Assembly: GCA_951406725.2 (NCBI GenBank)
Contig: OX597823.1
Coordinates: 91,450,001 to 91,514,000, forward strand
DNA from: Octopus vulgaris
Taxonomy: Eukaryota
DNA length: 64,000 bases
Direction of reading: 5' to 3'
Made by a program: the position numbers and the translations under genes
Shown here: in pieces, positions 1 to 10,844 of the stretch
Numbering within the stretch: position 1 is the stretch's first letter
Layout of the letters: every line of letters starts with the position of its first letter
The notes under the pieces: model-generated
The model's database searches: none
What the model saw: the letters and a program-made list of their open reading frames with translations, nothing else
What the model was told of the DNA's origin: nothing

Positions 1-440
1 GGCACACAAGAAAACCATCCGAACGTGGCCGTAGCCAGTACCGGATCGACTGGCCTCCGTGCTGTGGGCACGTAACAAACACCATCCGATCGTGGCCGTT
101 TGCCAGCCTCATCTGGCACCTGTGTCGGTGGCACATAAAAACACCATCCGAGCGTGGCCATCTGCCAGCCTCGTCTGGCACCTGTGTCGGTGGCACATAA
201 AAAACACCATCCGAGCGTGGCCGTTTGCCAGCCTCGTCTGGCACCTGTGTCGGTGGCACATAAAATCACCCACTACACTCTCGGAGTGGTTGGCGTTAGG
301 AAGGGCATCCAGCTGTAGAAACACTGCCAGATCTGACTGGACTGGTGCAGCTTTCGGGCTCCCCAGACCCCAGTTGAACCGTCCAACCCATGCTAGCATG
401 GAAAGCGGACGTTAAATGATGATGATGATGATGATGATGA
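1..440 (+). mobile_element. RTE LINE 3' UTR fragment with ~60-bp hairpin repeats and (GAT)n tail
   Basis: Homologous to the reverse complement of 6155-6500 (ggcgttaggaagggcatccagc...gcatggaaa.cggacg); ends in (gat)n followed by (TA)n. Confidence 0.85.
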
Positions 441-1496
441 TATATATATATATATATATATATAACATTGTGTTTATAAGATGTTATCTTTTGTTATATA
501 TATATATTTCTCCTCCTATATATATGTGTGTGTGTATCATGGTGTTGACCAGACTATCAGATGTGAGGCATCTCTAGTCGCAATACACTTTACATTGCTT
601 TAACTTTCGAATGATGCCACCCTGTTATATGTTTATATGTGTATATATATTATAAAACCAGCTGGACAACTTGATTCAAATAATACATAACTGTTGCATG
701 AATATTTATATAAAAATATGAGCAGAAGTTATGTCGAGGTCACCCTGAGGAGATGAAAATATAAAGAGTGGCTCAGATTATGGTTAAAGAAAGAAAATAC
801 TGAAATAGATCATGGCAGTTTTAGAAGTCTTTGGATATGAAGGACAAATATAAAAATCATGATGCAATAAATGAGAATAAAAGAAAAAAACATTGTTCAC
901 AAATTATGTAAATATTGATGATATAAATTAATGGTAAGAGTGAATTAATTGGCATTAATCCATTAGCTGTAACAGAAACGAGCTGTAGTTTTTATGTGAA
1001 AACCGATTATATAAAAATGTGATTCAGAAAAGATATATAATAACTGATTAGAGTTTTTAGAATATAGCAGCAACTTGGGGACAATGTTAGGTTTACAATG
1101 ATCTGGAGTTGTAAGAGGATTTTTGATGTTAGAAAACTGTTATAAAATAGATTTTGCAGGTTAAATAAAAGTTGTAATAAATATAAGACAACTGAAAATA
1201 TCGATAGATTCGTATAAATGTATTGATATAAACATAAAGAAGAAAATCATTACAAGTTGTTCTGTTTTCAAAGAGAACTGAAAAAAAAATGTGAAAAAAA
1301 AGTTTGGAAAAGGAACAAAGAAAACAAAATGGATTCTTAGAATGATGAGAAATTTTAAAGGAAATTAAAAGGAAATGGAATAAAATATTTGGGAGGATTT
1401 ATTATACTATATCCATATATCAGGAGAAATCTTTGCAGAGTTAGCAGAAACAGTTGATTGAGAATGATTGAGAGTTACAGAACTGCGCTTCTAGTG

Positions 1497-1745
1497 GAGG
1501 TACATGGCTCAATGGTGAAGGTGTTGGACTTATGATCGTTAGATTGTAGTTTCGATTCCTGGACTGGGCAACGCATTGTGTTCTTGGGCAAAGCACTTTA
1601 TTTCCCCTTACTCCAGTCCACTCAGCTGGCAAAAGTGAGTAATCCTGCGATGGACTGGCGTCCCATCCAGGTGGGGGAATTTATTCGCCATGGAAACCAA
1701 GAAACCAGTCCTTATGAATCTGTATAACTTGAGAAGGTAACTGTA
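1497..1745 (+). mobile_element. tRNA-derived SINE, family C (CORE/V-domain-like)
   Basis: A-box tggctcaatgg, B-box gtttcgattcc, then tgtgttcttgggcaaagcact...ccagtccactcagctgg. Related copies near 33600, 35188, 47590, 51995 and 54670. Confidence 0.7.
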
Positions 1746-2039
1746 CCTTATTTTTTTACACAATCTTCTAAAGGTTTCTGTAAACACTGAGAATGAAGGT
1801 TCCTCTGACATCTGCTAAAAACCACTGTCTGCCCTAATATGAATGGTAAGTGTCTTTTATTATAACTCCAAGCAAGCCAATATTTTGTGAGTGGATTTGG
1901 TAGATGGAAACTGAGAGAAGCCTGTCTTATATGTGCATATCTGTATCTCATGAGATCGTTATAAAAGAATGTCACTGTTATATAAGTAGTAGCATTCATT
2001 TCCAGAATTCTGCTAGAACATGTCTGGTTTAGAAGGAAA

Positions 2040-2500
2040 TAGTACCTTGGTTGGAAACAGGTAAGGGTTGGTGAGAGGAGGCGAATCCAGGTGAGAAGAA
2101 GAGCATCCAGGTGAAAGAAAGAGTATCCAAATCAACCTGAATAAACACCATTCAACACATGCAAGCATGAAAAAGTGGACAAGGAGACAATGATGGTTAT
2201 ATATATATATATAAAGGCTTGCAAAAACAGTTTTGATAAAAGGATACAATAAAATACAGCAAATCACCACATCTTCTGGTCCCTTGAAGTTTCTTCAGTG
2301 AGGCCCAACATCTGAAGATCTTTTCTCATCACTTTGTCCCACGTTTTCCTGTGTCTACCCCTTCCACAAGTTCCCTCCATAATTAGAGCACAGTACTTCT
2401 TTATGCAGCTGTCCTCATCCATACACATCACATGACCAAACCAGTGCAACCTTTTCTCTTGCACACAACATCTGATGCCTCTTATGACCAGTTTTCCTCT
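2040..2500 (-). mobile_element. Degenerate RTE LINE 3' fragment
   Basis: Translates QEKRLHWFGHVMCMDEDSCIKK...GTCGRGRHRKTWDKV, matching the C-terminus of the 6764-9742 ORF. Confidence 0.85.
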
Positions 2501-2594
2501 TAAATCACTTCATCACTCATCACTCAAATCACTTCACTCAAATCGTATTAAAGTGGTGAGTTAGCAGAATCTTTAGCAGCATGCCAGGCAAAAT

Positions 2595-2897
2595 GTTTGT
2601 TCCTTCTTGAGCCACGCCTAGCTCATAAGGGCCGGTTTCCCGGTTTCCTTGGCGTTTAGGTTCCCCACCTGAATGGGACGCTGGTTTATTGCAGGGGAGC
2701 TGCAAGATGCAGGAGGAAAGAGTGAGAGAAAGTTGTAGCGAAAGAGTCAGCAGAAGTTCACCATTACCTTCTTCAGGAGACGCGTGGAGCTTAGGTGTTT
2801 CGCTCATCAATACACATATCACCCGGTCTGAGACTCGAACCTGTGATCCCTCAACCATGAATCTGCTGCTCTAACCACTAGACCATGCGCCTCCACA
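2595..2897 (-). mobile_element. tRNA-derived SINE, family D
   Basis: Minus-strand head ggaggcgcatggtctagtggttagagc...ggttcgagtc; body homologous to 17916-18100. Confidence 0.7.
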
Positions 2898-3809
2898 CCA
2901 GGTAAAATGCTTAGTGGCATTTCGTCCATCTTTACATTTTGAGTTCAAATTCCGCTGAGGTCGACTTTATCTTCCATGCTTTCAGGGGTCAATAAAAATA
3001 AGCACCAGTTGAGCACGAGGTCAATGTAAGGAAATAAGCTACCTCCCCGAAATTGCTGGCCTTGTGCTAAAATTTGAAAGCAATATAAACATGGTATGCC
3101 ATGGAGCTCCATCAAGTTTTGAAGCAATGCAAAATGTCAAAAACCTGGACAGGGAATGACATGAAACAGCTAACAGCACAATAGTGTAGACTTCTGGAAT
3201 GCATTTGCCTCTGTTGGATGAATGCCTGATAACATTCTCAACAAACAGGCCCAAAATGAAGTGCTTAGATTGCCATAGAGAGGACTAATAGTTCATACAC
3301 AGGACACTGTAACGGTTGTGTTAAAGAAAGTGATGACAAGCCACAACTACAACTGTTTATTATTCCTTGTAAAAATGTCAATCATCATAATATAAGGAAT
3401 TGTACATTCCCATGGACTCAACTCCCATAGTGAAGAAACATTTTGCTAACAATCTTTCCTCGTGTAATTACCAGAATTTGGAACAAATGTAGTGGAATTG
3501 TTACCTTGGCCACATCACCTGGTTAATATTGCAGCAGTTGAGGTGCTATAGTAACATTCAGAGGTTCAGACTATAGACTGAGTGTATAGAAAAATCTTAC
3601 CACTCACACAAAAGGGTGGCCTCTCAGAATGATATTGTTTCTCAGTATGCAAATGATGACCGTCTCACTTTGCTATATACTCTCAACCATTGTGCCACCT
3701 CAAATCGATCATAACCACCCTCTTACATTTTGCCAAACTTATCATCCTACACAAGATCACCTCCTCCAATGTCCCCGCCCTTCAAGATTTTTTTTTTGTC
3801 TTGCAAAGT

Positions 3810-4125
3810 ACTTGGTGACTCTGTCAGTGCAGGTGCCACTTAAAAGCACCCAGTCTACACTGTAAAGTGGTTGCCATTTGGAAGGGCATCCAGCTGTGGA
3901 AACCTTGCCAAAACTGACTTCACTTGTGCTTGTGCCATGTAAAAGCACTAAGTCCACTCCGCTGAGTGGTTGGTGTTAAGAAGGGCATCCAGCTGTAAAA
4001 ATCCTATCACAACAGTCACAGAAGTCAGGTGCAGGCTTCTGCCTAGCTGGTTGTTGTGAAACTGTTCCACTCATGCTAGCATGGAAGGTGGATGTTAAAC
4101 GATGATGGTGACGATGATGATGATG
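3810..4125 (+). mobile_element. Degenerate RTE 3' UTR fragment
   Basis: gaagggcatccagctgt motif twice, catgctagcatggaagg, (gat)n tail. Confidence 0.7.
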
Positions 4126-4644
4126 TCTCCACTCAAAACTTCTTGATTGAGGGAAACTTCTACTTGCAAGTCTCTGAGATTGCTAAGAAAACCAGAATGT
4201 GCTTCACCCACACCAAACTGTGTGTTGGTTATACTGAGATTACCCCGATTATTCTCACAGTTTACTGACCTTGGGTCAGAGATAAACAGTCACTATATTA
4301 ATAAATGTATCAGCACCAGCTTCCTCATCTGTGAACAACACAACACATCTTTAAAATTCATTTCCTTTAGTTCTGACATGCAATTTCATTTCTCAACATC
4401 TCCATCACCTTTTATGCAACCTCTTTCATTTCAACACTAGAGCCATCTCTGAAACTTATCAACTCTCACTTCTACCCCTCTCATCTCAAACACTCCTCCT
4501 CCTGCACTCAGTTGCTTTGCATCTCACATCTCTCTCTGGTGACGATGGTCATTCTGAGACTCAATTCCATCTTAGAACATAACCCAGCACTCAACTCAGA
4601 GTGGACACACCTTTCCAATTCCTAATGCATCTTCACCTTTACAT

Positions 4645-4830
4645 GATACCTATTTCTTTACTACCCACAAGGGGCTAAACACCGGGAGGATAAACAAGGA
4701 CAGACAAACGGATTGAGTCGATTATATTGACCGCAGTGCGTTACTGGTACATATTTACTCGACCCCGAAAGGATGAATGGCAAAGTCGACCTCAGCGGAA
4801 TTTGAACTCAGAACATAATGGCAGACAAAA
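4645..4830 (-). mobile_element. SINE family B unit (Meta-domain-like)
   Basis: Same unit as the 18811-19606 array (cccacaaggggctaaac...cgaaaggatgaa.ggcaaagtcgacc). Confidence 0.8.
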
Positions 4831-5216
4831 TCCCCTTTACATAATACCTTCACCCTCATGACCACACCACCTGCAACAGCCTTCCATCGCCTCTTGCCCT
4901 GCAGTCCTTTCCAACATACTTTACTAGATGCATTCTGAATCCCTCAGTCTGACTCCACAACTTTCCACAATATCCCTATCTCCACCTCCCCCTCTTTTAA
5001 ATGTCCCTTTAATCTGCATGACCTGCTCATCCATTGTTCCCTCCCAACTCCCTGCACCTCATATTTCCTCCACTTTTGCCCTTGTATGTTTGAAACCCCG
5101 TTGCTTTCCTATCACTTCCAGTCATTTCCAATTTTACCTGACACACACCAACACATATTTCTCCATTGATTCTGTTCTATCTTTACACTTCCCAATTTTA
5201 AGAAGAGAAATAAGAT

Positions 5217-5660
5217 ATTCTTCTTCTTCTTCTCCTCCATCTCCTTGTCTTCTTCTGCTTCTTCTTCTTCTTCTTCTTCTTCTTCTTCTTCTTCTTCTTC
5301 TTCTTCTTCTCCTCCTCCTCCATCTTCTTTTTCTTCTTCTTCCCCTTCTTCTTCTTCATCTTCTACTTCTTCTTCTTCATCATCTTTTTCTTCTTTTCAT
5401 CTACTTCTTCTCCTTCTCTACCTTCTTCTCCATCTTCTTCTTCTTCCTCTCCTCCTCCTTCTACTACTCCATCTTTTTCTTCTTTACCATCTTTTTCTTC
5501 TTCTTCTCCATCTTCTTCTCCCTCTCCTTTTCTTCTGCTTCTCTCCCTTCATCTTCTACTTGTACTCCTCCTCCTCCTCCTCCTCCTCCTTTTCTTCTTC
5601 TTCATCTTCTCCATCTACTCCTTCCTCCTCCTCTGCCCTCCCTCAGCTCCTCCCTCTTTC
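5217..5660. repeat. Compound (CTT)n/(CCT)n microsatellite
   Basis: Direct reading. Confidence 0.95.
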
Positions 5661-5972
5661 TTTACCTTGTTATCCCCTCCTTCCAACTATAAATATTTGT
5701 TCCACTGAGGCTAGTATTGTTACTCTTATAATTATTATTCATCGACTTATGTTGCTGTTGTTGTTGTTGTTGTTGTTGTTGTTATTGTCATTATTATTTA
5801 TGCCACTTGTCATGTTCTGTTGTCGATTCATTCCAAAATATTCCTTTTTAGGAAATGAAATGTTTAAGATTTAAGGGATCTAATAACGTATAATTAGTTA
5901 CCAGAAGGAAATTCTAGAAAACAAAATGGGTATTTTGGTTCTATATGTGCATAACTAACTAACTAACTACAC

Positions 5973-6035
<63 letters not shown>

Positions 6036-6115
6036 TGTGTATATATATATATTTACATGCATAAACATGTATGTATTAATTCATACAAACACATGCATGT
6101 GCACGCACAAACACA

Positions 6116-6154
<39 letters not shown>

Positions 6155-6158
<4 letters not shown>

Positions 6159-9100
6159 TCATCATCATCATCGTTTAGCGTCCGTTTTCCATGCTAGCAT
6201 GGGTTGGACGGTTCTACTGGGGTCTGTGAAGCCAGAAGGCTTCATCAGGCCCAGTCAAATCTGGCAGTGTTTCTACGGCTGGATGCCCTTCCTAACGCCA
6301 ACCACTCCGTGAGTGTAGTGGGTGCTTTTTACGTGCCACCCGCACTGGTGCCAGACAGAGCTGGCAAACGGCCACGAACGGATGGTGCTTTTTATGTGCC
6401 ACCGGCACGAGGGCCAGGCGAGGCTGGCAACGGACACGAAACGGGGCGGTGCTGGCAACGGTCGCGAAACGGAAAGTTCTCTTACATGCCACCGGCACTG
6501 GTAACACATCTGCAATTTCCATTGATCGATTTCCATTGATCGATTTCGATTCTGATCCTCACTTGCCTCAACGGGTCTTCACAAGCAGAGTTTTGACATG
6601 CCACCGGCACTGGTAGCACATCCGCAATTTCCATTGATCGATTTCGATTCTGATCCTCACTTGCCTCAACACGTCTTCACAAGTAGAGTTTTGTGTCCCA
6701 AGAAGGGAAGGTATGCATACGTAGGCCGGCTCCATCCCATGTAGAAGGCCACGGGTTATGGACTCACTTGTCCTGCCGGGTCTTCTCGCGCACAGCACAC
6801 TTCCAGAGGTCTCGGTCTCTAGTCATTTCCTCAGTGAGACCTAAAGTTCGAAGGTCGTGCTTCACCACCTCGTCCCAGGTTTTCCTGGGTCTGCCTCTTC
6901 CACAGGTTCCCTCAACCGCTAGGGTGTGGCACTTTTTCACACAACTATCTTCATCCATTCTCGCCACATGACCATACCAGCGCAAACGTCTCTCTTGCAC
7001 ACCACAACTGATGCTTCTTAGGTCCAGCTTTTCTCTCAAGGTACTTACACTCTGCCGAGTGTGAGTACCGGCATTACACATCCATCGGAGCATACTGGCT
7101 TCATTTCTAGCGAGCTTACGCATATCCTCAGCAGTCACGGCCCATGTTTCACTGCCATGTAGCATGGCTGTTCGTACACACGCATCATACAGTCTGCCTT
7201 TCACTCTGTGCGAGAGGCCTTTTGTCACCAGCAGAGGTAAGAGCTCTCTGAACTTTGCCCAAGCTATTCTTACTCTAGCAGTTACACTTTCAGCACACCC
7301 GCCCCCGCTGCTGACTTGGTCACCTAGGTAACGGAAACTATCAACTATTTCTAGTTTTTCTGCCTGGAAAGTGACGGAAGTTGGTCTCAGAGCATTTTCA
7401 GTGTTTATTGTTCCTGAGCATCTGCCACATACAAAAACCATCTTCCTAGTTAGCCTTCCTTTGACATTGCTGCATCTCTTATGTGTCCATAGCTTACACT
7501 TGGTGCATCTTATAGAGTTTCTACCTACACCTTTTCTACAGATCGAGCAGGGCCATCTACCTGAAGGTGTTTGTGATTTGTCTACCTTCCTACTGATTAC
7601 GACTTTGGTTTTAGCTAGATTGACTCTGAGGCCCTTCGATTCTAATCCTTGTTTCCACACCTGAAACTTCTCCTCCAGTTCTGATAGCAACTCAGCAATT
7701 AGAGCAAGGTCATCAGCATAGAGGAGCTCCCAAGGGCATCCTGTCTTGAATTCCTCCGTTATTGCCTGGAGGACTATGATAAATAGGAGGGGGCTGAGTA
7801 CTGAGCCTTGGTGGACTCCTACCTCTACCCGGAATTCTTCACTGTACACATTTCCAACCCTCACCCTACTAGCGGCGTCCCTATACATGGCCCGCACAGC
7901 TCTCACTAACCATTCATCTATCCCTAGTTTCCTCATTGCCCACCAGATAAGGGATCGGGGGACCCTGTCGAAGGCTTTCTCCATGTCAACAAAAGCCAGG
8001 TACAGGGGCTTATCTTTGGCTAGGTATTTCTCCTGCAGCTGCCTTACCAGGAATATAGCATCAGTAGTACTTTTCCCTGGCACAAACCCAAACTGCATCT
8101 CATCTAAACTAACTCTCTCTCTAATTAGTTGGGCTATGACCCTCTCCGTAACCTTCATCACCTGGTCCAACAGCTTGATACCTCTGTAGTTATTTGTATC
8201 TAGGGCATCACCTTTACCTTTGTAGCAGTTGACTATTATACTGCTACACCAGTCATTGGGTATGACCCCTTTGTGTATCACCTGATTAACTATACGGGTG
8301 ACTAGGCTATAGCCGACACTACCAGACATTTTGAGCATCTCTGCAGTGATTCCTGATGGGCCTGGGGCTTTCCCTGTCTTCATGCTTCTAATTGCCTTAG
8401 CTACCACGGAACTATCAACTCGGATAGCTGGTCCCTCTGTTGGGTCAACATTCGGCAGACTCTCTTTATCCCATTCATTTTCTTCATTCAGCAACCTTTC
8501 ATAGTGGCATCTCCAAACCTCTCTCTTTGCATCCTCATTTAGCGCAAGTGAACCATCTTCCATGCGAACACACTTCTCTCCTACCACATCACGATTCTCT
8601 CTCACACACTGTCTTGCAACACGAAACACCTCCAGTCTTTGGTCCTCACGGCGCAGAACATTGGCAAATTTTTTCTTATCTGCTTCCCCTCTGGCTAAAT
8701 AAACCTGTCTCCTAGCTTCTCTTTTGGCAGTCTGATACAATCCCCTGCTACCCCCATTTTTCCAGACCTTCCAAGCCTGTCTCTTTTCTCTAATAGCCCT
8801 GTCTACAATATTGTTCCACCACCACGTTATTCTAGGTCGAGAGGGGACTTTGCACCAGCCACAGATCTGGTCAGTGGCTCTCAGCAGGTTGTCCCTTAGA
8901 AACGTCCAGCTGTCTTCTACCCCCTGTGATGCTCTATCCCCTTCTACTTCGTCAGAGGCTTCAAGTAATATGTCCCTAAATCTCTGTCCATTTGCAGGAT
9001 CTTTAAGCTTCCAGATCCTTCTTCTCCATATTTGTCGTCTTCTGGTTGTCCTCCTAGTCCTGATCCTAAAGTCACTAACTACCAGTCTATGTTGTGGGGT

Positions 9101-9742
9101 ACATTCTTCACCTGGGAAGGTTTTGGCATTTATAAGCAGCCATCTCTCCCTTTGCCTTGTAAGGATGTAGTCAATTTGGCTGGTATGTTGGCCCGATTGG
9201 TAAGTGACTAGGTGGCTGGTAGGTTTCCTGAAGTTAGTGTTGCAAATCATAAGATTATTTGCATCGCAGAACTCCAGCAGCCTGGTTCCCTCCTCGTTGC
9301 GGGAGCCATAGCCATAGCCTCCATGTACGCCATGGAAGCCCCCAGCATGTCGTCCAACGTGACCATTGAAGTCACCAGCCACAAAGATAAGGTCTCTGTC
9401 GTTCGTCAACGAGGTAGTCTGCAGTAGAGTGTCATAGAATCGGTCTTTCTGTCCATCGGGTAGCCCCGACTGAGGAGCATAGGCTGATATAATGGTTGCT
9501 AAACTATGATGAAGCACTAATCTAATCTTAAGTATTCTGTCACATACTCTGATTACCTCAATTACTTTATCTACCCATTTCTCAGCGATAAGTATACCCA
9601 CGCCACCAACCCCGTCAGTGTTCCCTGCCCAGAAAATCTTGTACCTGCGTTCCTTGCCTGTGAGGAACCTAGCTGATCCTCCTCTCCACCTTATTTCTTG
9701 CATGCAACATATATCCACACATCTCCGTTCAAGCATCTCAAC
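6155..9742 (-). mobile_element. RTE-clade non-LTR retrotransposon, slightly 5'-truncated
   Basis: Single APE+RT ORF, ~600-bp 3' UTR, (GAT)n tail at 6155-6172; (TA)n on both flanks. Confidence 0.95.
6764..9742 (-). CDS. RTE ORF: AP endonuclease + reverse transcriptase + PHD finger (no native start codon)
   Basis: APE motifs MQE, SAYAPQ, GDFNGHVG, QIDY, QHRLV; RT motifs KAPGPSG, YRGIKLL, QFGF, DMEKAFD, GVHQGSVLSP, YADD, YLG; RTE C-terminus RLRWYGHV..GRGRPRKTW. The ORF-track part 9743-9892 is microsatellite read-through. Confidence 0.93.
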   Translation of the reverse strand, partial: VEMLERRCVDICCMQEIRWRGGSARFLTGKERRYKIFWAGNTDGVGGVGILIAEKWVDKVIEVIRVCDRILKIRLVLHHSLATIISAYAPQSGLPDGQKDRFYDTLLQTTSLTNDRDLIFVAGDFNGHVGRHAGGFHGVHGGYGYGSRNEEGTRLLEFCDANNLMICNTNFRKPTSHLVTYQSGQHTSQIDYILTRQRERWLLINAKTFPGEECTPQHRLVVSDFRIRTRRTTRRRQIWRRRIWKLKDPANGQRFRDILLEASDEVEGDRASQGVEDSWTFLRDNLLRATDQICGWCKVPSRPRITWWWNNIVDRAIREKRQAWKVWKNGGSRGLYQTAKREARRQVYLARGEADKKKFANVLRREDQRLEVFRVARQCVRENRDVVGEKCVRMEDGSLALNEDAKREVWRCHYERLLNEENEWDKESLPNVDPTEGPAIRVDSSVVAKAIRSMKTGKAPGPSGITAEMLKMSGSVGYSLVTRIVNQVIHKGVIPNDWCSSIIVNCYKGKGDALDTNNYRGIKLLDQVMKVTERVIAQLIRERVSLDEMQFGFVPGKSTTDAIFLVRQLQEKYLAKDKPLYLAFVDMEKAFDRVPRSLIWWAMRKLGIDEWLVRAVRAMYRDAASRVRVGNVYSEEFRVEVGVHQGSVLSPLLFIIVLQAITEEFKTGCPWELLYADDLALIAELLSELEEKFQVWKQGLESKGLRVNLAKTKVVISRKVDKSQTPSGRWPCSICRKGVGRNSIRCTKCKLWTHKRCSNVKGRLTRKMVFVCGRCSGTINTENALRPTSVTFQAEKLEIVDSFRYLGDQVSSGGGCAESVTARVRIAWAKFRELLPLLVTKGLSHRVKGRLYDACVRTAMLHGSETWAVTAEDMRKLARNEASMLRWMCNAGTHTRQSVSTLREKLDLRSISCGVQERRLRWYGHVARMDEDSCVKKCHTLAVEGTCGRGRPRKTWDEVVKHDLRTLGLTEEMTRDRDLWKCAVREKTRQDK

Positions 9743-9850
9743 TATATATATATATATATATATAAACACACATATTTGTAAACAGAAATTAGTGTATAAA
9801 TATATGTATGCATGTCCATACATATCTATATATATATATATATATATAAA

Positions 9851-9929
9851 ATTCCCGAGCGTTACACTAATGCATCTGTTTGTTTTGTACACTACCTGTC
9901 TTTGTCTTTTGTTTTTTTTTGTGAACTCT

Positions 9930-9932
<3 letters not shown>
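9851..9932 (+). mobile_element. Penelope-type terminal-repeat 3' fragment
   Basis: ttcccgagcgttacactaat...gtgaactctccc matches 42581-42663 and 29831-29910 (minus); ends at (TA)n. Confidence 0.6.
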
Positions 9933-9975
<43 letters not shown>

Positions 9976-10342
9976 AGAGTTCACAAAAAAATATACTTTA
10001 TTTGAAAGCAGCAGAAATATAACAAAAGCTGTTACTCAGAGTTTCATGTTCCAGTTTGTTGGATAGTTTTATTAAAAAAAAATTTTTTAACATAAATAAT
10101 AAAGCATATTACTCTACCTCTGGTATTTGAGTACTCTTTTTTCCACCTCTTTTACATTTATGTGCTTACTCCGGTATATATATATATATGTATATATATA
10201 TATTCATATATATGCATACCTATATGTATATATACATATATACATACATACATACATATATATATATATCTTTCTGTATACACATCTGTGTGTGCATATA
10301 TACATACACACACATATTCACATGCACGCACACACATAAGTA

Positions 10343-10737
10343 TACTCTTTTACTTGTTTCAATCATTTGACTGTGGTCATGCTGGAGCACCGCCTTTAGT
10401 CAAGCAAATCGACCCCAGGATTTATTCTTTGTAAAACTAGTACTTATTCTATCGGTCTCTTTTGCTGAACTGCTAAGTTACTGAGATGTAAATACACCAG
10501 CATCGGTTGTCAAGCGATGTTGGGGGGACAAACACAGACACACAAATACACACACATATATATACATATACATATATACGACGGGCTTCTTTCAGTTTCC
10601 ATCTACCAAATCCACTCACAAGGCTTTGGTTGGCCCAAGGCTATAGTAGAAGTCACTTGCGCGATGTGCCATGCAGTGGGACTGAAACTAGAACCATGTG
10701 GTTGGTAAGCAAGCTACTTACCACACAGCCACTCCTG
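10343..10737 (-). mobile_element. tRNA-derived SINE family A (CORE-like), full copy
   Basis: Reverse complement of 62278-62676; internal (TA)/(TG) tract. Confidence 0.85.
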
Positions 10738-10749
10738 TATGTATATGCA

Positions 10750-10791
<42 letters not shown>

Positions 10792-10844
10792 GCATGTGTG
10801 AGTGCATATGCATACAGGAGAGGCTGTGTGGTAGGTAGCTTGCT

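Noticed and set aside
1-265. CRISPR-like appearance of the 60-bp repeats (also 39287-39760)
   Set aside because: Tandem units without unique spacers, no cas genes, eukaryotic retroelement context
640-1440. AT-rich segment with ctgagga at ~745 as a PLE or ribozyme remnant
   Set aside because: No matching stems or recognisable translation found
9743-9892. N-terminal extension of the 1042-aa ORF
   Set aside because: Read-through of (TA)n and an unrelated repeat; the element is truncated at ~9742
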